From the human T2T-CHM13v2.0 reference genome, Homo sapiens: a stretch of 64,000 bases of DNA. The DNA lies in assembly GCF_009914755.1 (NCBI RefSeq), contig NC_060936.1, one strand, 5' to 3'. The translations under genes were made by a program, and so were the position numbers. Below are positions 1-27,790 of the stretch, piece after piece (within the stretch, counting starts at the first letter, position 1; the number at the start of each line of letters is the position of its first letter). The notes under the pieces were generated by a model. It saw only the letters and a list, made by a program, of their open reading frames with translations, did no database searches and was not told where the DNA came from.

Positions 1-436
1 TAAATAGCCCCTCCAAAAAACTGAAAAAGTTGAAAGCAGTTTTCCTGGAGACAGGAAGTGGTGAGGCAGATAAATTATGTTTTTCCTTATTGGTATATAA
101 CACTTTAAACTGTGTACATGTGTGACTTTAATAGAAGTGTTTAAAGATTAAATTTAAGAAAATAAAAAGTGTGAGCAAGAACTCCATTTCTATGGCAACC
201 CGCGCGGCAGCCGCCTCTTTGTTCTGGAGCGGCGGCCACGCCCCCTCCAGTGTGAAAGGCTGCGTTTCCGGCCCGTGGGGCTCCAATCAAAATGGGACGC
301 CTGCTGGCGGTAACGACAGGCCGGGGCCCCGCCCCCCGAAGTAGGGCGTGTGGCGTCACTTCCGGCTTCCTTCAGTCCGCTGGTCCCGAGCACGAGCTGT
401 GAGGGGATTCACTTGTGTGCGGAACTCCTCGGAACC

Positions 437-16240
<15,804 letters not shown>

Positions 16241-16460
16241 GCATTCCCACGTGCTGTCGATCTTTGGACCAGTTTCTAGCAAAGTTGTGTTTGAAAGATA
16301 CTCTATTAAAGAAGACTGTGGAATCTGTTTATCGGTGCCCATTATATCCTTAAGTTTGGATATTTAGCTGACCTTCGCTTTAACATAGGTCTAATTTATT
16401 TGCCGTGTCATTTTCCATACAAATCAGTTGATTTAAAAAAGTTCATTTCTCATACTGTGC

Positions 16461-16471
16461 ATTAAAATAAA
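16461..16471 (+). terminator. CCT2: CCT2 distal polyadenylation signal (ATTAAA/AATAAA)
   Basis: ATTAAA 16461-16466 overlapping AATAAA 16466-16471, followed by a GT/T-rich downstream element; a proximal ATTAAA lies at 16305-16310. Confidence 0.8.
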
Positions 16472-16700
16472 AATTTGAACAATTACTTGGTTCTTATGTC
16501 TTATATGTGTGTATTCTGTTTGAACTCTACTTAATGGAAATTAATGATTATTTTCAATATGGCATTTTCCAGCTTAATGATTGGCCATCTACATTTTTGA
16601 AATAATTATCTTGATTAATATAAGTCCAAGTCAAATGTGATAAACACGCCATATATTAATCTTTTGGTTTTGTTGCTGGGCCATAAGAACACTCAATCAT

Positions 16701-16878
16701 GGCTGGGTGCGGTGGCTCATGCCTGTAATCCTAATATTGGGAGGCCAAGGCAGGTGGATCACTTGAGGTCAGGAGTTCAAGACCAGCCTGGGCAACATGG
16801 TGAAACCCCATCTCTACTAAAAATACAAAAATTAGCTGGGCATAGTGGTGGGCGCCTATAATCCCAGTTGCTTGGGAT
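16701..16878 (+). mobile_element. Alu, 3'-truncated
   Basis: Left arm plus start of right arm only. Confidence 0.9.
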
Positions 16879-16997
16879 TTAATTTACCCATTTAATTTTG
16901 TTTAGTGAAAATGCCATAAACTAGTACTCATTTAATTTGGTGTAGTCTAAGTGCTGTCTCTTGCATTGAAAAAAATTACGATGCTTTCTGTGATGTG

Positions 16998-17218
16998 TTT
17001 TTTTTTTTTTTGAGATGGAGCCTCACTCTGTCCACCAGGCTGGAGTGCAGTGTGGTGCGATCTTGGCTCACTGCAACCTCCACCTTGCAGTTTCTAATGA
17101 TTCTTCTGCCTCAGCTTTTCGAGTAGGTGGGATTACATGGTAGTCCACCACCATGCCCGGCTAATTTTTGTATTTTTAGTAGAGAATGGGATTTTGCCAT
17201 GTTGGCCAGGCTGGTCTC
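16998..17218 (-). mobile_element. Alu, 5'-truncated
   Basis: T tail, right arm, part of left arm. Confidence 0.9.
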
Positions 17219-17289
17219 TATGTTGTATGATGTTTTTAAGCTTGAAAAAGTCATATTTTAAAGTTGCAAGATGATGTGCTCTAAGTATC

Positions 17290-17500
17290 TTTTTTTTTCA
17301 AGACAGGATCTCACTCTGTCCTTCAGGCTAGAGTACAGTTGTGTGATCACGGCTCACTACAGCCTCTGCCTCCTGGGCTCAAGCGATTCTTTCACCCTCC
17401 CAAGTAGCTGGGACTATAGGTGCATGGCATCATGCCTGGTTGATTTTTTTTTTTTTTTTAATTGTAGAGACAGGTTTTGCTGTGCTGCCCTGGCTGGTTC
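17290..17500 (-). mobile_element. Alu (AluJ-like), partial
   Basis: Diverged Alu. Confidence 0.85.
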
Positions 17501-18344
17501 TCAGCACCTCTTTCCAATGCTTTGTAAGGTAATTTCTCTGAAGAAGAGTATGGTTAGACTTAAGTATTGTTATTGATTGGGTTTTTTTTTTTTTTAAGGG
17601 TTTTTTGTTTTGGGTAAGTGGATAAGAGAATGAGAATGGGTGTAAGTATGGACTGAGTTCGCTGGTTTAAAGGCAACTCTAGATTTGGAGGCTGTTAATA
17701 CTGCATCCGTATGTAGCAGAATACACAAGAAGTAAGAGACCAACAGGTTGAGTTTTTATTGGACATCTGTGCTAACATGGAGGGACATTCCCATAAAGGA
17801 GCAAAGGATTTTTAAAGAAACACTGATAGACCAAACAATTTTGTGGGAAGGGGGGGGGGAAGTTGAGACATGTAAGAATTTGTCTCAATATTTTAATATT
17901 TGTAGATGTGATTAAAACTGGAAGAATGTGGTATTAGAATTACACTGATTGAATAGCAATACCATCTGCTGTGTGATTTTTTTTAAGTGCTTTATCACAC
18001 ATTAATTGTAATCCTCACAACTGAGGTAGGTGGAGCAGGAGAGCATATGACAACCCACAAAGGATGTGGTGGGACAGGTGAGTTTATCCTGAGGGGCCAG
18101 ATGGCATGGAGTTAGGCATATTTTCTCCAAAGACCTTAAAACAGATTGGCCAATAAAAAATATTAAAAAGGTAAAAATATGCAAACTACTATATTGAAGA
18201 AAATAGCCATACCTTGCCTTCATATATTTCAAAGCCCTTACTGATTGTTGTCTTTAGAAAAATCTCAAGTTCACAAATATCTTTCCAGTTTCAGAGGTAA
18301 GTATGACCTAGACCTAACTCCTGTTAACGGTTTTAGGATGGAGT

Positions 18345-19685
18345 TTTTACAATTTTAGATTTGGGGTACATGTGCTGCTTTGTTACAAGGGTATTATGTG
18401 TGATGGTGAGGGTTGAGCTTCTAGCATATCCATCACCCAAATATTGGACACCGGACCCAGTAGGTAACTTCAACCCTCATGCCTATCTTACCCTCCACAC
18501 TTTGGAGTCCCCAGAGTCCATTTCGTCCATATTTGTGTCCGCATGTCACTTTTGTTTAGTTCCCACTTAAAAATGAGAACGTGATATTTGATTTTCTGCT
18601 TCTGTGTTCATTTAGGATAATGGCCTCTAGCTCCATCCGTGTTGCTGCAAAGGACATTTGTTTTTCTTTTTTATGGCTGTGTTGTATTCCATTGGTGTGT
18701 ATGTACCACATTCTTTTTTTTTTTTTCTTTTTTATTATTATACTTTAAGTTTTAGGGTACATGTGCACAACGTGCAGGTTAGTTACATATGTATACATGT
18801 GCCATGCTGGTGTGCTGCACCCACTAACTCGTCATCTAGCATTAGGTATATCTCCCAATGCTATCCCTCCCCCCTCCCCCCACCCCACAACAGTCCCCAG
18901 CGTGTGATGTTCCCCTTTCTGTGTCCATGTGTTCTCATTGTTCAATTCCCACCTATGAGTGAGAATATGTGGTGTTTGGTTTTTTGTTCTTGTGATAGTT
19001 TACTGAGAATGATGATTTCCAATTTCATCCATGTCCCTACAAAGGACATGAACTCATCATTTTTAATGGCTGCATAGTATTCCATGGTGTATATGTGCCA
19101 CATTTTCTTAATCCAGTCTATCATTGTTGGACATTTGGGTTGGTTCCAAGTCTCTGCTATTGTGAATAGTGCCACAATAAACATACGTGTGCATGTGTCT
19201 TTATAGCAGCATGATTTATAGTCCTTTGGGTATATACCCAGTAATGGGATGCCTGGGTCAAATGGTATTTCTAGTTCTAGATCCCTGAGGAATCGCCACA
19301 CTGACTTCCACAATGGTTGAACTAGTTTACAGTCCCACCAACAGTGTAAAAGTGTCCCTATTTCTCCACATCCTCTCCAGCACCTGTTGTTTCCTGACTT
19401 TTTAATGATTGCCATTCTAACTGGTGTGAGATGATATCTCATTGTGATGTACCACATTCTTAAAAGTCCAGTCCACTTTTGGTGGCTTGTGGTTGGCTTT
19501 GTGATTTTGCTAGTGTAAATAGTGCTGCGACTGCAGGTGTCTTTGATAAAATGATTTCCGTGGGATAGATACACAGTAGTGGGATTGCTCGGTCAAATGG
19601 TAGTTGTAACTATTTATTTGAGATACCTCCATACTGTTTTCCATAAAGGTGGAGCTAATTTACATTCCCACAAACAGTGTATGAG
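18345..19685 (-). mobile_element. Older L1 3' end (L1PB/old L1PA-like), interrupted by a young L1
   Basis: L1 3'UTR/ORF2 homology at 18345-18715 and 19447-19685. Confidence 0.8.
18716..19446 (-). mobile_element. 5'-truncated young L1 (L1PA2-like)
   Basis: Open ORF2 C-terminus [27 protein letters not shown]...LIGGN*; 3'UTR gctagatgacGAGttagtgg (not Ta ACA); TSD ATGTACCACATTCTT 18701-18715 / 19447-19461. Confidence 0.93.
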
Positions 19686-20166
19686 TGACGGATGGAGTTT
19701 CTTTTAACTCAGAGATAGCAAGTATGGAAGCAGTGGGTTTTTGTTTTCACAAGACTTGTGACATGAAAAGAGAAATTTGGAATGTAAATTAATTGTTACT
19801 GCATAGAAATTTGTCTAAGTGCTTAGGAACTTAAAATCTATCCTAGTTAACCTTCAGTTTTTCTCTGAGGAAGGATAATTTGGGTTTGGTATTTTACACT
19901 CCTCAACCCCAAATCCAGTCTTTGCCTGCACTGGGGCTGTGCAGGCTTACCCCTGCTAGCTGCCTTGCTCACAGCTCCTTATGGATTGGTTTTCTATTGC
20001 TTTAACTGAGGGTGCACTGGCAGGAGATAGGGAGACAATCTATTCTCTTCCTGCCTTTGCTCTTTGTCTCTGGAGGTAACTGCATCCCTGCAAGATCTGC
20101 TACTATGTCTTCGTTAGGCAGCACCTCTTACCATGGCTCTTAGCTCTTAATGGATTTGGGAAATGA

Positions 20167-20211
20167 TTTTCTTTTTTTTTTTTTGAGACGGAGTCTCGCT
20201 CTGGCCCGGCC
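20167..20211 (-). mobile_element. Collapsed Alu remnant (termini only)
   Basis: T tail + gagacggagtctcgctctg joined directly to gcccggcc. Confidence 0.7.
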
Positions 20212-20497
20212 AAAACGTTTTTTTTACCCTGTTTAGTCTTACAGGTGATAACAGCTGCTGCTATTGTGAGTGTCTGGGTTGCTATTACTTGTTTTTTTCC
20301 CCCACTTCACCCTGTCTTCACTAAAGTCTCTCCATGTAATCACATGGGGTGAATGCATTTTCTTGCCAGGGCTCCGAATAATAGAAGTCAACAAAATACT
20401 CTGTACAAAACCCTTTATAAAAGTCTGCTGTGTGCCGTATTAGCATATTAGATCAATAGAAGATATTAAGAGAACCTTTTTAAAAATCACAATTACT

Positions 20498-20890
<393 letters not shown>

Positions 20891-21749
20891 TCAATATGAA
20901 GACTAAAGATAACCCTGATTTCAAATTTGTGATTTTAAAATTGTGAGCAGTATATAATAGCTCTTTTCAAAGGAGTATTGAAAAGATTACATGAATTAAC
21001 TTTAGAACCTGAGGAAAGTACCTGGCCTCTAGCAGCGTTCCACGTGTCAGCCTTTCCTCCTGTCCCATGGGCTGGGTACATGATAAAATCTCCCATCTTC
21101 AAGAAGTGTGGTGGAACTAACTGTACAAGGCACTGATGATTCAATGATAAGTCCTGCTTAGTATTTGCCAGAAGTGGACGGTCCACAAGGAAAGAAAGGC
21201 ATGCATACCTTGTTGTTTTCAAATAGTAGTAGTATCCTTTCTATGGTACGGAGATGACAAATAGTATGCTTAAAAAAAAAAAAAAACAGGCAAAAGGCAG
21301 AGTAAAATTATCTAACAGGACCGACGTCTTCAGTCACATGCCTCCTGCCCCTTAAGAAACGGATTTCATGCCAAGGAATAGTCCCGTGTTTTCAAGTACT
21401 TTGGTGATTAATTCTAGAATAATAGATAAGGATGAAAGTATATTCATTTAGAAATTTGCAAATGCATCCTTGGTAATCATGTCTGTGTGTTTTCCTATTT
21501 TGGTAAGCCAGGAGCATTTGACCAAATTGTGGTTATATTTCTTACATTCAGGACTTTTAGATATTATGGTTGAAAATTTTCTGAAGAGAAAACAGCTTTT
21601 TTGTTCTATTGCCACTGTTTTTTTTCTCCTTCAAATCATGGGATGCCACTTTAAAAAAAAATCAAGGAATTACACTTGCTTTTAGGGTAAATATAGGTGT
21701 TGTGCTGCATGGTGTAGTACTTAGTAAAAGAACATTTTATATAAACCTT

Positions 21750-21950
21750 CACTGTCACATGCCAGGCACTGTTCTATGCATTTTATACACAGTAATGGGT
21801 TTAATCCTTACAGTGCTCTGCAGAAACTGTTATGATTTTACTGATGAGCAACTGAGGCACATAGATGATAACTGACTAGTACGTGGCAAGCCTAGGATTT
21901 GAACCCAGGTAGTCTGAAGGGCCATGCTCTTAGCCGCTATGCTACATTGC
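21750..21950 (-). mobile_element. MIR
   Basis: gatgagcaactgaggcac...ggatttgaacccagg. Confidence 0.7.
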
Positions 21951-22362
21951 TTCTGGTTCACTGTGTTGGATATGTGCCTTTAGTTTGAGTTCAGTTGATT
22001 ATTAGGGCACAAACCCACTTTTAAGTGAAAATTACAAACTCTAGAGATGATGCATTTTAGGACAAAATAAAGAAGCAAACTTGGTTGCTGATTCATTTCA
22101 ATTGATTCCATGTTAAAGATTTCAGTTGGCATCACTCTTATTTATGGAATCTAAAATCCTATGTAAACTTCTGGAAGACATTTTCCCTTTGATGCATTAA
22201 CACTTTGAGTTTCAAGACTTAAAAATCAGGAGCAAAAAAGTTACATTTGGTGCTTCAACATTTTCTTATTTTACTTTCTAATTGTGTCAACATTTCCAGA
22301 AACTATTAGAAGGGTTATAGAAATGTAAGTATGCATTTATATACTTTATAAAATTGATTGAA

Positions 22363-22668
22363 GGCCGGTTGCGGTGGCTCACACCTGTAATCCCAGCACT
22401 TTGGGAGGCCGAGGTGGGCAGATCACGAGGTCAGGACGAGACCATCCTGGCTAACACAGTGAAACCCTGTCTCTACTAAAAATACAAAAAATTAGCTGGG
22501 CGTGGTGGCGGGCGCCTGTAGTCCCAGCTACTTGGGAGGCTGAGGGAGGCTGAGGCAGGAGAATGGCGTGAACCCGGGAGGCGGAGCTTGCAGTGAGCCG
22601 AGATAGCGCCACTGCACTCCGGCCTGGGCGACACGGCAAGATTCTGTCTCAAAAAAAAAAAAAAAAAA
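22363..22668 (+). mobile_element. AluY
   Basis: TSD aaaattgattgaa; 10-bp duplication gggaggctga. Confidence 0.95.
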
Positions 22669-24001
22669 TTGATTGAAAATCTACAGTGAAAACATTTTTG
22701 GAAAGCAAATTCAACAGCGAACACTTGACCATACCATTTGAGAAATGTTCTTTGTGTATTGACTGTTTTAGAAGAAAACAGCTTGATTATGGGCCAAAAT
22801 GTTTATAATTTGACTACTGATTCAGACCAGTTAGCTCTTTAGATGACAGTTCTGTATGGATCAATTGGCTTCACTCTGTTTTATGGTTATAGTCTGCAAC
22901 TACAGAATGGCCGATTAATCTTGGGAAGGGTAAGACAGGGTCAAAAGAAAGTCAGAAATCTATAAACCTTGCTATAGATTAAGCTTAGAATGCAAGTTCT
23001 GTTGACAAAAGTTTCTAGCATCAGCTGAGTATAATTTGGCTTCCGTCATTAGGAATGAGATAAATCCTAACTGTCCAACAGAAATATGGACTTGTTTCTA
23101 AAGGAGTTAAATATGTTTGACCTGAAAGTTTAAACCTATTACATTAAATGATTAAAGGGACCTTTTTTGGCAGTCTGATCAATGGGTTGCAAATGCTCTG
23201 CAGATGGGAGGTGACGATAGGAAGGAATTATGCAACATCATCCTTCCTCTAGTTTAGCAGGAAATATTTCTGGTAGGAAGACATACATGAAAATAGGTCT
23301 GCTGTGTAATGTCATTTTAGAACCAAACTTTGTTGGGTTAAGATGCTTTTACAGAAAACATCCTTTTAAAAACTTGGTACTGTATGTTTTAGTTAAGATA
23401 ACACTTTTTGTGTCCTTGTTTGCTGAAAACGTTCAAGTACATAAAGAATTGTATTATTAAATTACCCACTGACAACAATTTCTTTAAAGTTTATATATTT
23501 GTGGGAAGGTCACAATTTACATACTTCCAAAAAACAAAATACCTTGGTTTATACATTGTCAAAACAGTCTGTAAAAATCAAAACAAATTGAAACAAAGGC
23601 AGAGATACTAGGCGAAAGAGGCAGAGACTTCCTATATACACTACAACTTCCTATTCAAATTTCAAAGTGCTTGTTTCAAGAGAACACATTTCTCACCTAC
23701 TACCTTTAAACTAACATGCTTCTGGAAATGTGGTTTTCCTCCAAGGACAGGGATTCAATTTAGCTCAGCTCTGGCTCATTAGTGTGAATAAACAGAAGGG
23801 CTTTGCTTCAGGGAGGTAGACAGGAATCACAACAAGGCTTGACTTTAATGAGACCACATTACCACAGAGGTTCTCTTTTCCAGATGACTTCCAACATTGT
23901 CAGTGACAGTCAACTGTTGGGAGCAGATCTTGGGACAAACCTTTTAGGGAAAATGAACTAAATCAGCATGAGCCACTGTCAAGTTTAAGGTGACAGCTGA
24001 A

Positions 24002-24325
<324 letters not shown>

Positions 24326-24919
24326 TCAGGGATCTTTTCAGCAGGCACTAAACTGCTGGGGAAAGAGTTTCATCTTGAGCCTTTACAACAACAAACAACT
24401 TTTTTCTGTGAATCTGACTGATTGCCTAGGTAGAAATGTCCTTTTCGGTGGCCTCAGTGATACATTGATACTGTTTATGGTCATTTACAGTAAAGAAAAT
24501 ATGTCCTGCAAAGAGACAGACCACCAGAATATTTAGTTCTATGGCAAATACCTTATTTGAGGAGCTCATGAGCTTCATGACCAGTCACTTCTGGAGAGTG
24601 CAGGAGTTCAGAGTGTCCCAGCCCCTTTTGCTCTTCAGTGTTTCAAAATACATGTGTGGAGAAGCTGTTTTCTTGCAAAGAAGTTATGATCTCTGGATTG
24701 TCATGCCATCATTGGCACACAACTCCCCTCTGGAAGAGGAGCTGTTTGCCAGAAATATTTTCTCAGTGTGATTTATGGCATTCCACCTGGCTCTCTCCAT
24801 CAGTCTCTACTAGCAGAGCCACTCCCAAATGACCCAGAGCCATCCTTTCCACTCCAATGGAGAGGCTTCCAGAACATGCTGCAGTTGGGTCCTTGGCATT
24901 GACTTGCAACTGAAGCTCC

Positions 24920-25753
24920 TCAGGAGTTGGTAGGAGGAAGTAGAGGGACTGGTGCCTGTAGCTCCTGGCTTTCCTCTCTGACCAACGCATAGCGCCTGGC
25001 TTTTCTAGGGTCGGGCTCTGGCGTCTCCTCTGCCCATCTCCCCACACGGCGCACACCTTTGGCCACCTTGGGTGCGTTCCTGCAAGGATTGTGGTCATAG
25101 ATGACCAGCTTCAGACTTGACAGGTGCGCCAGGCTGGGGAAGTAACGGATGCTGTTCCAGTCCACATCAATCACCTCCAGGAAGGGCATGTGAAGCAGCA
25201 CAGTGGGAAAGTCAGTTAGCCGGTTGCCCGAGAGCCAGATGGTCCTCAGCTCCTGGAGGCGCCGGAGCTGGCCTGGCAGCAAACGCAGGGCGTTGGAGCC
25301 GGCATGCAGAGTCTTAAGGAGACTCAGCTCACAGACCACATCCGGCAGCTGGGTGAGGCAGTTGGCCTCGATCCACAGGGTCCTGAGGTTCTGGAGCAGG
25401 CTCAGCTCACTGGGGAGGTCGCAGAGTTTGTTGTTGCCCAGGTAGAGGATGCAGAGCTGTTTCAAGGTGCACACCACCTGGGGCAGAGCCTTGAAGTTGT
25501 TGAAATCCAAGGCCAGAATCTGCAGGTTCTGTAGCTGCCCCAGCTCCGGAGGCAGGCTATTGAGGTGGTTGTCGCTCAGGTAGAGCTTGACCAGCTCCCT
25601 GAAGGAGCACACGTGCAGGGGGAAGCGGCGTAACTGGCTCCCACTCAGATCCACCATCTTGTCCAGCGGCATCTCACGGAGGTCCCTGACCACATAGTTC
25701 TGGCAACGGTCAGCAGGGATGAAGGCCACGAGGGCCCTGATGGTGTTCCCCAT
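24920..25753 (-). CDS. LRRC10: Leucine-rich repeat-containing protein 10 (cardiac), single coding exon, 277 aa
   Basis: MGNTIRALVAFIPADRCQNY...PLLPPTNS*, tandem LxxLxLxxNxLxxLP repeats. The first in-frame ATG is 25753-25751; the ORF-track start at 25795 is GTG. Confidence 0.96.
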   Translation of the reverse strand: MGNTIRALVAFIPADRCQNYVVRDLREMPLDKMVDLSGSQLRRFPLHVCSFRELVKLYLSDNHLNSLPPELGQLQNLQILALDFNNFKALPQVVCTLKQLCILYLGNNKLCDLPSELSLLQNLRTLWIEANCLTQLPDVVCELSLLKTLHAGSNALRLLPGQLRRLQELRTIWLSGNRLTDFPTVLLHMPFLEVIDVDWNSIRYFPSLAHLSSLKLVIYDHNPCRNAPKVAKGVRRVGRWAEETPEPDPRKARRYALVREESQELQAPVPLLPPTNS

Positions 25754-25844
25754 GCGGAGGCTGGGGGCATGGCGAGCCCCAGAGGACAGACTCACTGAGC
25801 GGGGCTGGCTCAGCTGACTGCTCTGGGGCCTATCCTACCCTCCC

Positions 25845-26070
25845 ATTATAACTTGGGGATTGCATGACAAAAGCCAGTCACTTTGACAGAGAAAAGTGCT
25901 CCTGATAGCAACTTGAGTGTCCGGCGACAGCGCAACAGTCCGGCAGGGGCTGGGAGGCCATGTCTGACTCACATGCTTGCCTTTAATCACCTAAGCCCCA
26001 ATCCCCTTTATCAACCTTTTTTCATTTCAAGCTGAAAATAGCTTTGCTGTTTTTTTCCCTAATGATAAAA
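25845..26070 (-). promoter_or_regulatory. LRRC10: LRRC10 proximal promoter
   Basis: TATA-like TTATAA 25846-25851; GATA TGATAG 25903-25908 next to NKX2-5-like CTCAAGT (minus strand, 25911-25917); GATA 26008-26013; MEF2-like CTGAAAATAG 26032-26041. Confidence 0.6.
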
Positions 26071-26217
26071 TATTAACACATTACATAAAGGTGTAAAAGA
26101 AGAAAATGAAAAACACCCATAGTTCTATTACCCAGAGATAAATACTGTACACATTTGCATGTGTCCTCTAGTCTTTTCGCTATAAGTAATCATTTGTTTT
26201 TTAAAATTGCACTTTAG

Positions 26218-26520
<303 letters not shown>

Positions 26521-26768
26521 AGGAACCTTATTTTTTAATCATGACGTATCATGGACATATTTTCATGTTTGCAGATATCTATGCAATTATTTTAAACCCC
26601 TGCATAGTATTCCATTACATGGATGTGCAGTAATTTAAACAGTTTTCTGTGGTTAGGCATCTAGGTTGTTTACAAAGCATGACTATTATAAACATCCATG
26701 TGCATACAGATGTGAGCAGCAATCCACTCATTTCTTTAGAAACCGTCCTTAGAAGTGTTGCTGGAGCA

Positions 26769-27098
<330 letters not shown>

Positions 27099-27309
27099 TT
27101 ACAGGTTTTTCATTGATGGCTCCTCTGTACCCCACCAAATCTGAGCCAGTACACACACCCACCAGCAATGGTTACAGGTTTCTAATTTCTCATGTCTTCA
27201 TTCTTATCAGATGATATCTTTCCACAGTTTAAAAACTTGCCTTTGACAAAAGATAAGTAGAAAAGCAGAAGAAAGAGAAGCAAGCTAGCCTTCTGCATGT
27301 TAAATAAAT

Positions 27310-27790
27310 TCGGATGTATTCCTACAGTGCACCTTTGTCAGGTATGTTTGACCACCCATTAAAGGTTTGTGTTTCCCTTCCACAGTGTCCAGTTGTTCCA
27401 GACAAGCAGCTGTCCAGCCAGGACAATTTCCTAGTGCTGGTCTACAGGGGAAACTCTTCAAGTTCTGGCCAAAGTAATGTGGGCAGAAGTGTTAGATGTC
27501 ACCTCTAGACTTGGTTCATTGTAAAACAAACCTTTTGCCCTTCTCCACACTCTCCTTCCCCATCTACTGGCTGGATGTTGTCACCCAGAGTGACTATAGC
27601 AGCCACCAAGTATATGGAAGTCATATGTTGCAGGTGGCAGGGCCGTGGTCATCCTAGATTCCTGAATAAGTGCTAAGAGCAAAACATCTCCTTACCCTCC
27701 TCACTCCCACTTGATCCCCAATAGGATTGAGGTAAATGAGAAATAAATGTTAATTATGTGAAGTCATCGAGATTGGGGGCTTATCTTTTA
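27310..27790 (+). mobile_element. Old MaLR LTR (MLT1-like)
   Basis: tggccaaag...gcagaagtg...tgtcacctctag; agaaataaatg...gagattgggg end. Confidence 0.55.

Noticed and set aside
18942-19574. 210-aa ORF
   Set aside because: C-terminal fragment of L1 ORF2 in a truncated element, not a gene
23161-23170. CArG-like CCTTTTTTGG near the LRRC10 3' end
   Set aside because: A homopolymer core is a weak SRF site and is expected by chance
25754-25795. 14-aa N-terminal extension of LRRC10 in the ORF track (291 aa)
   Set aside because: It starts at GTG; the first in-frame ATG gives the 277-aa protein
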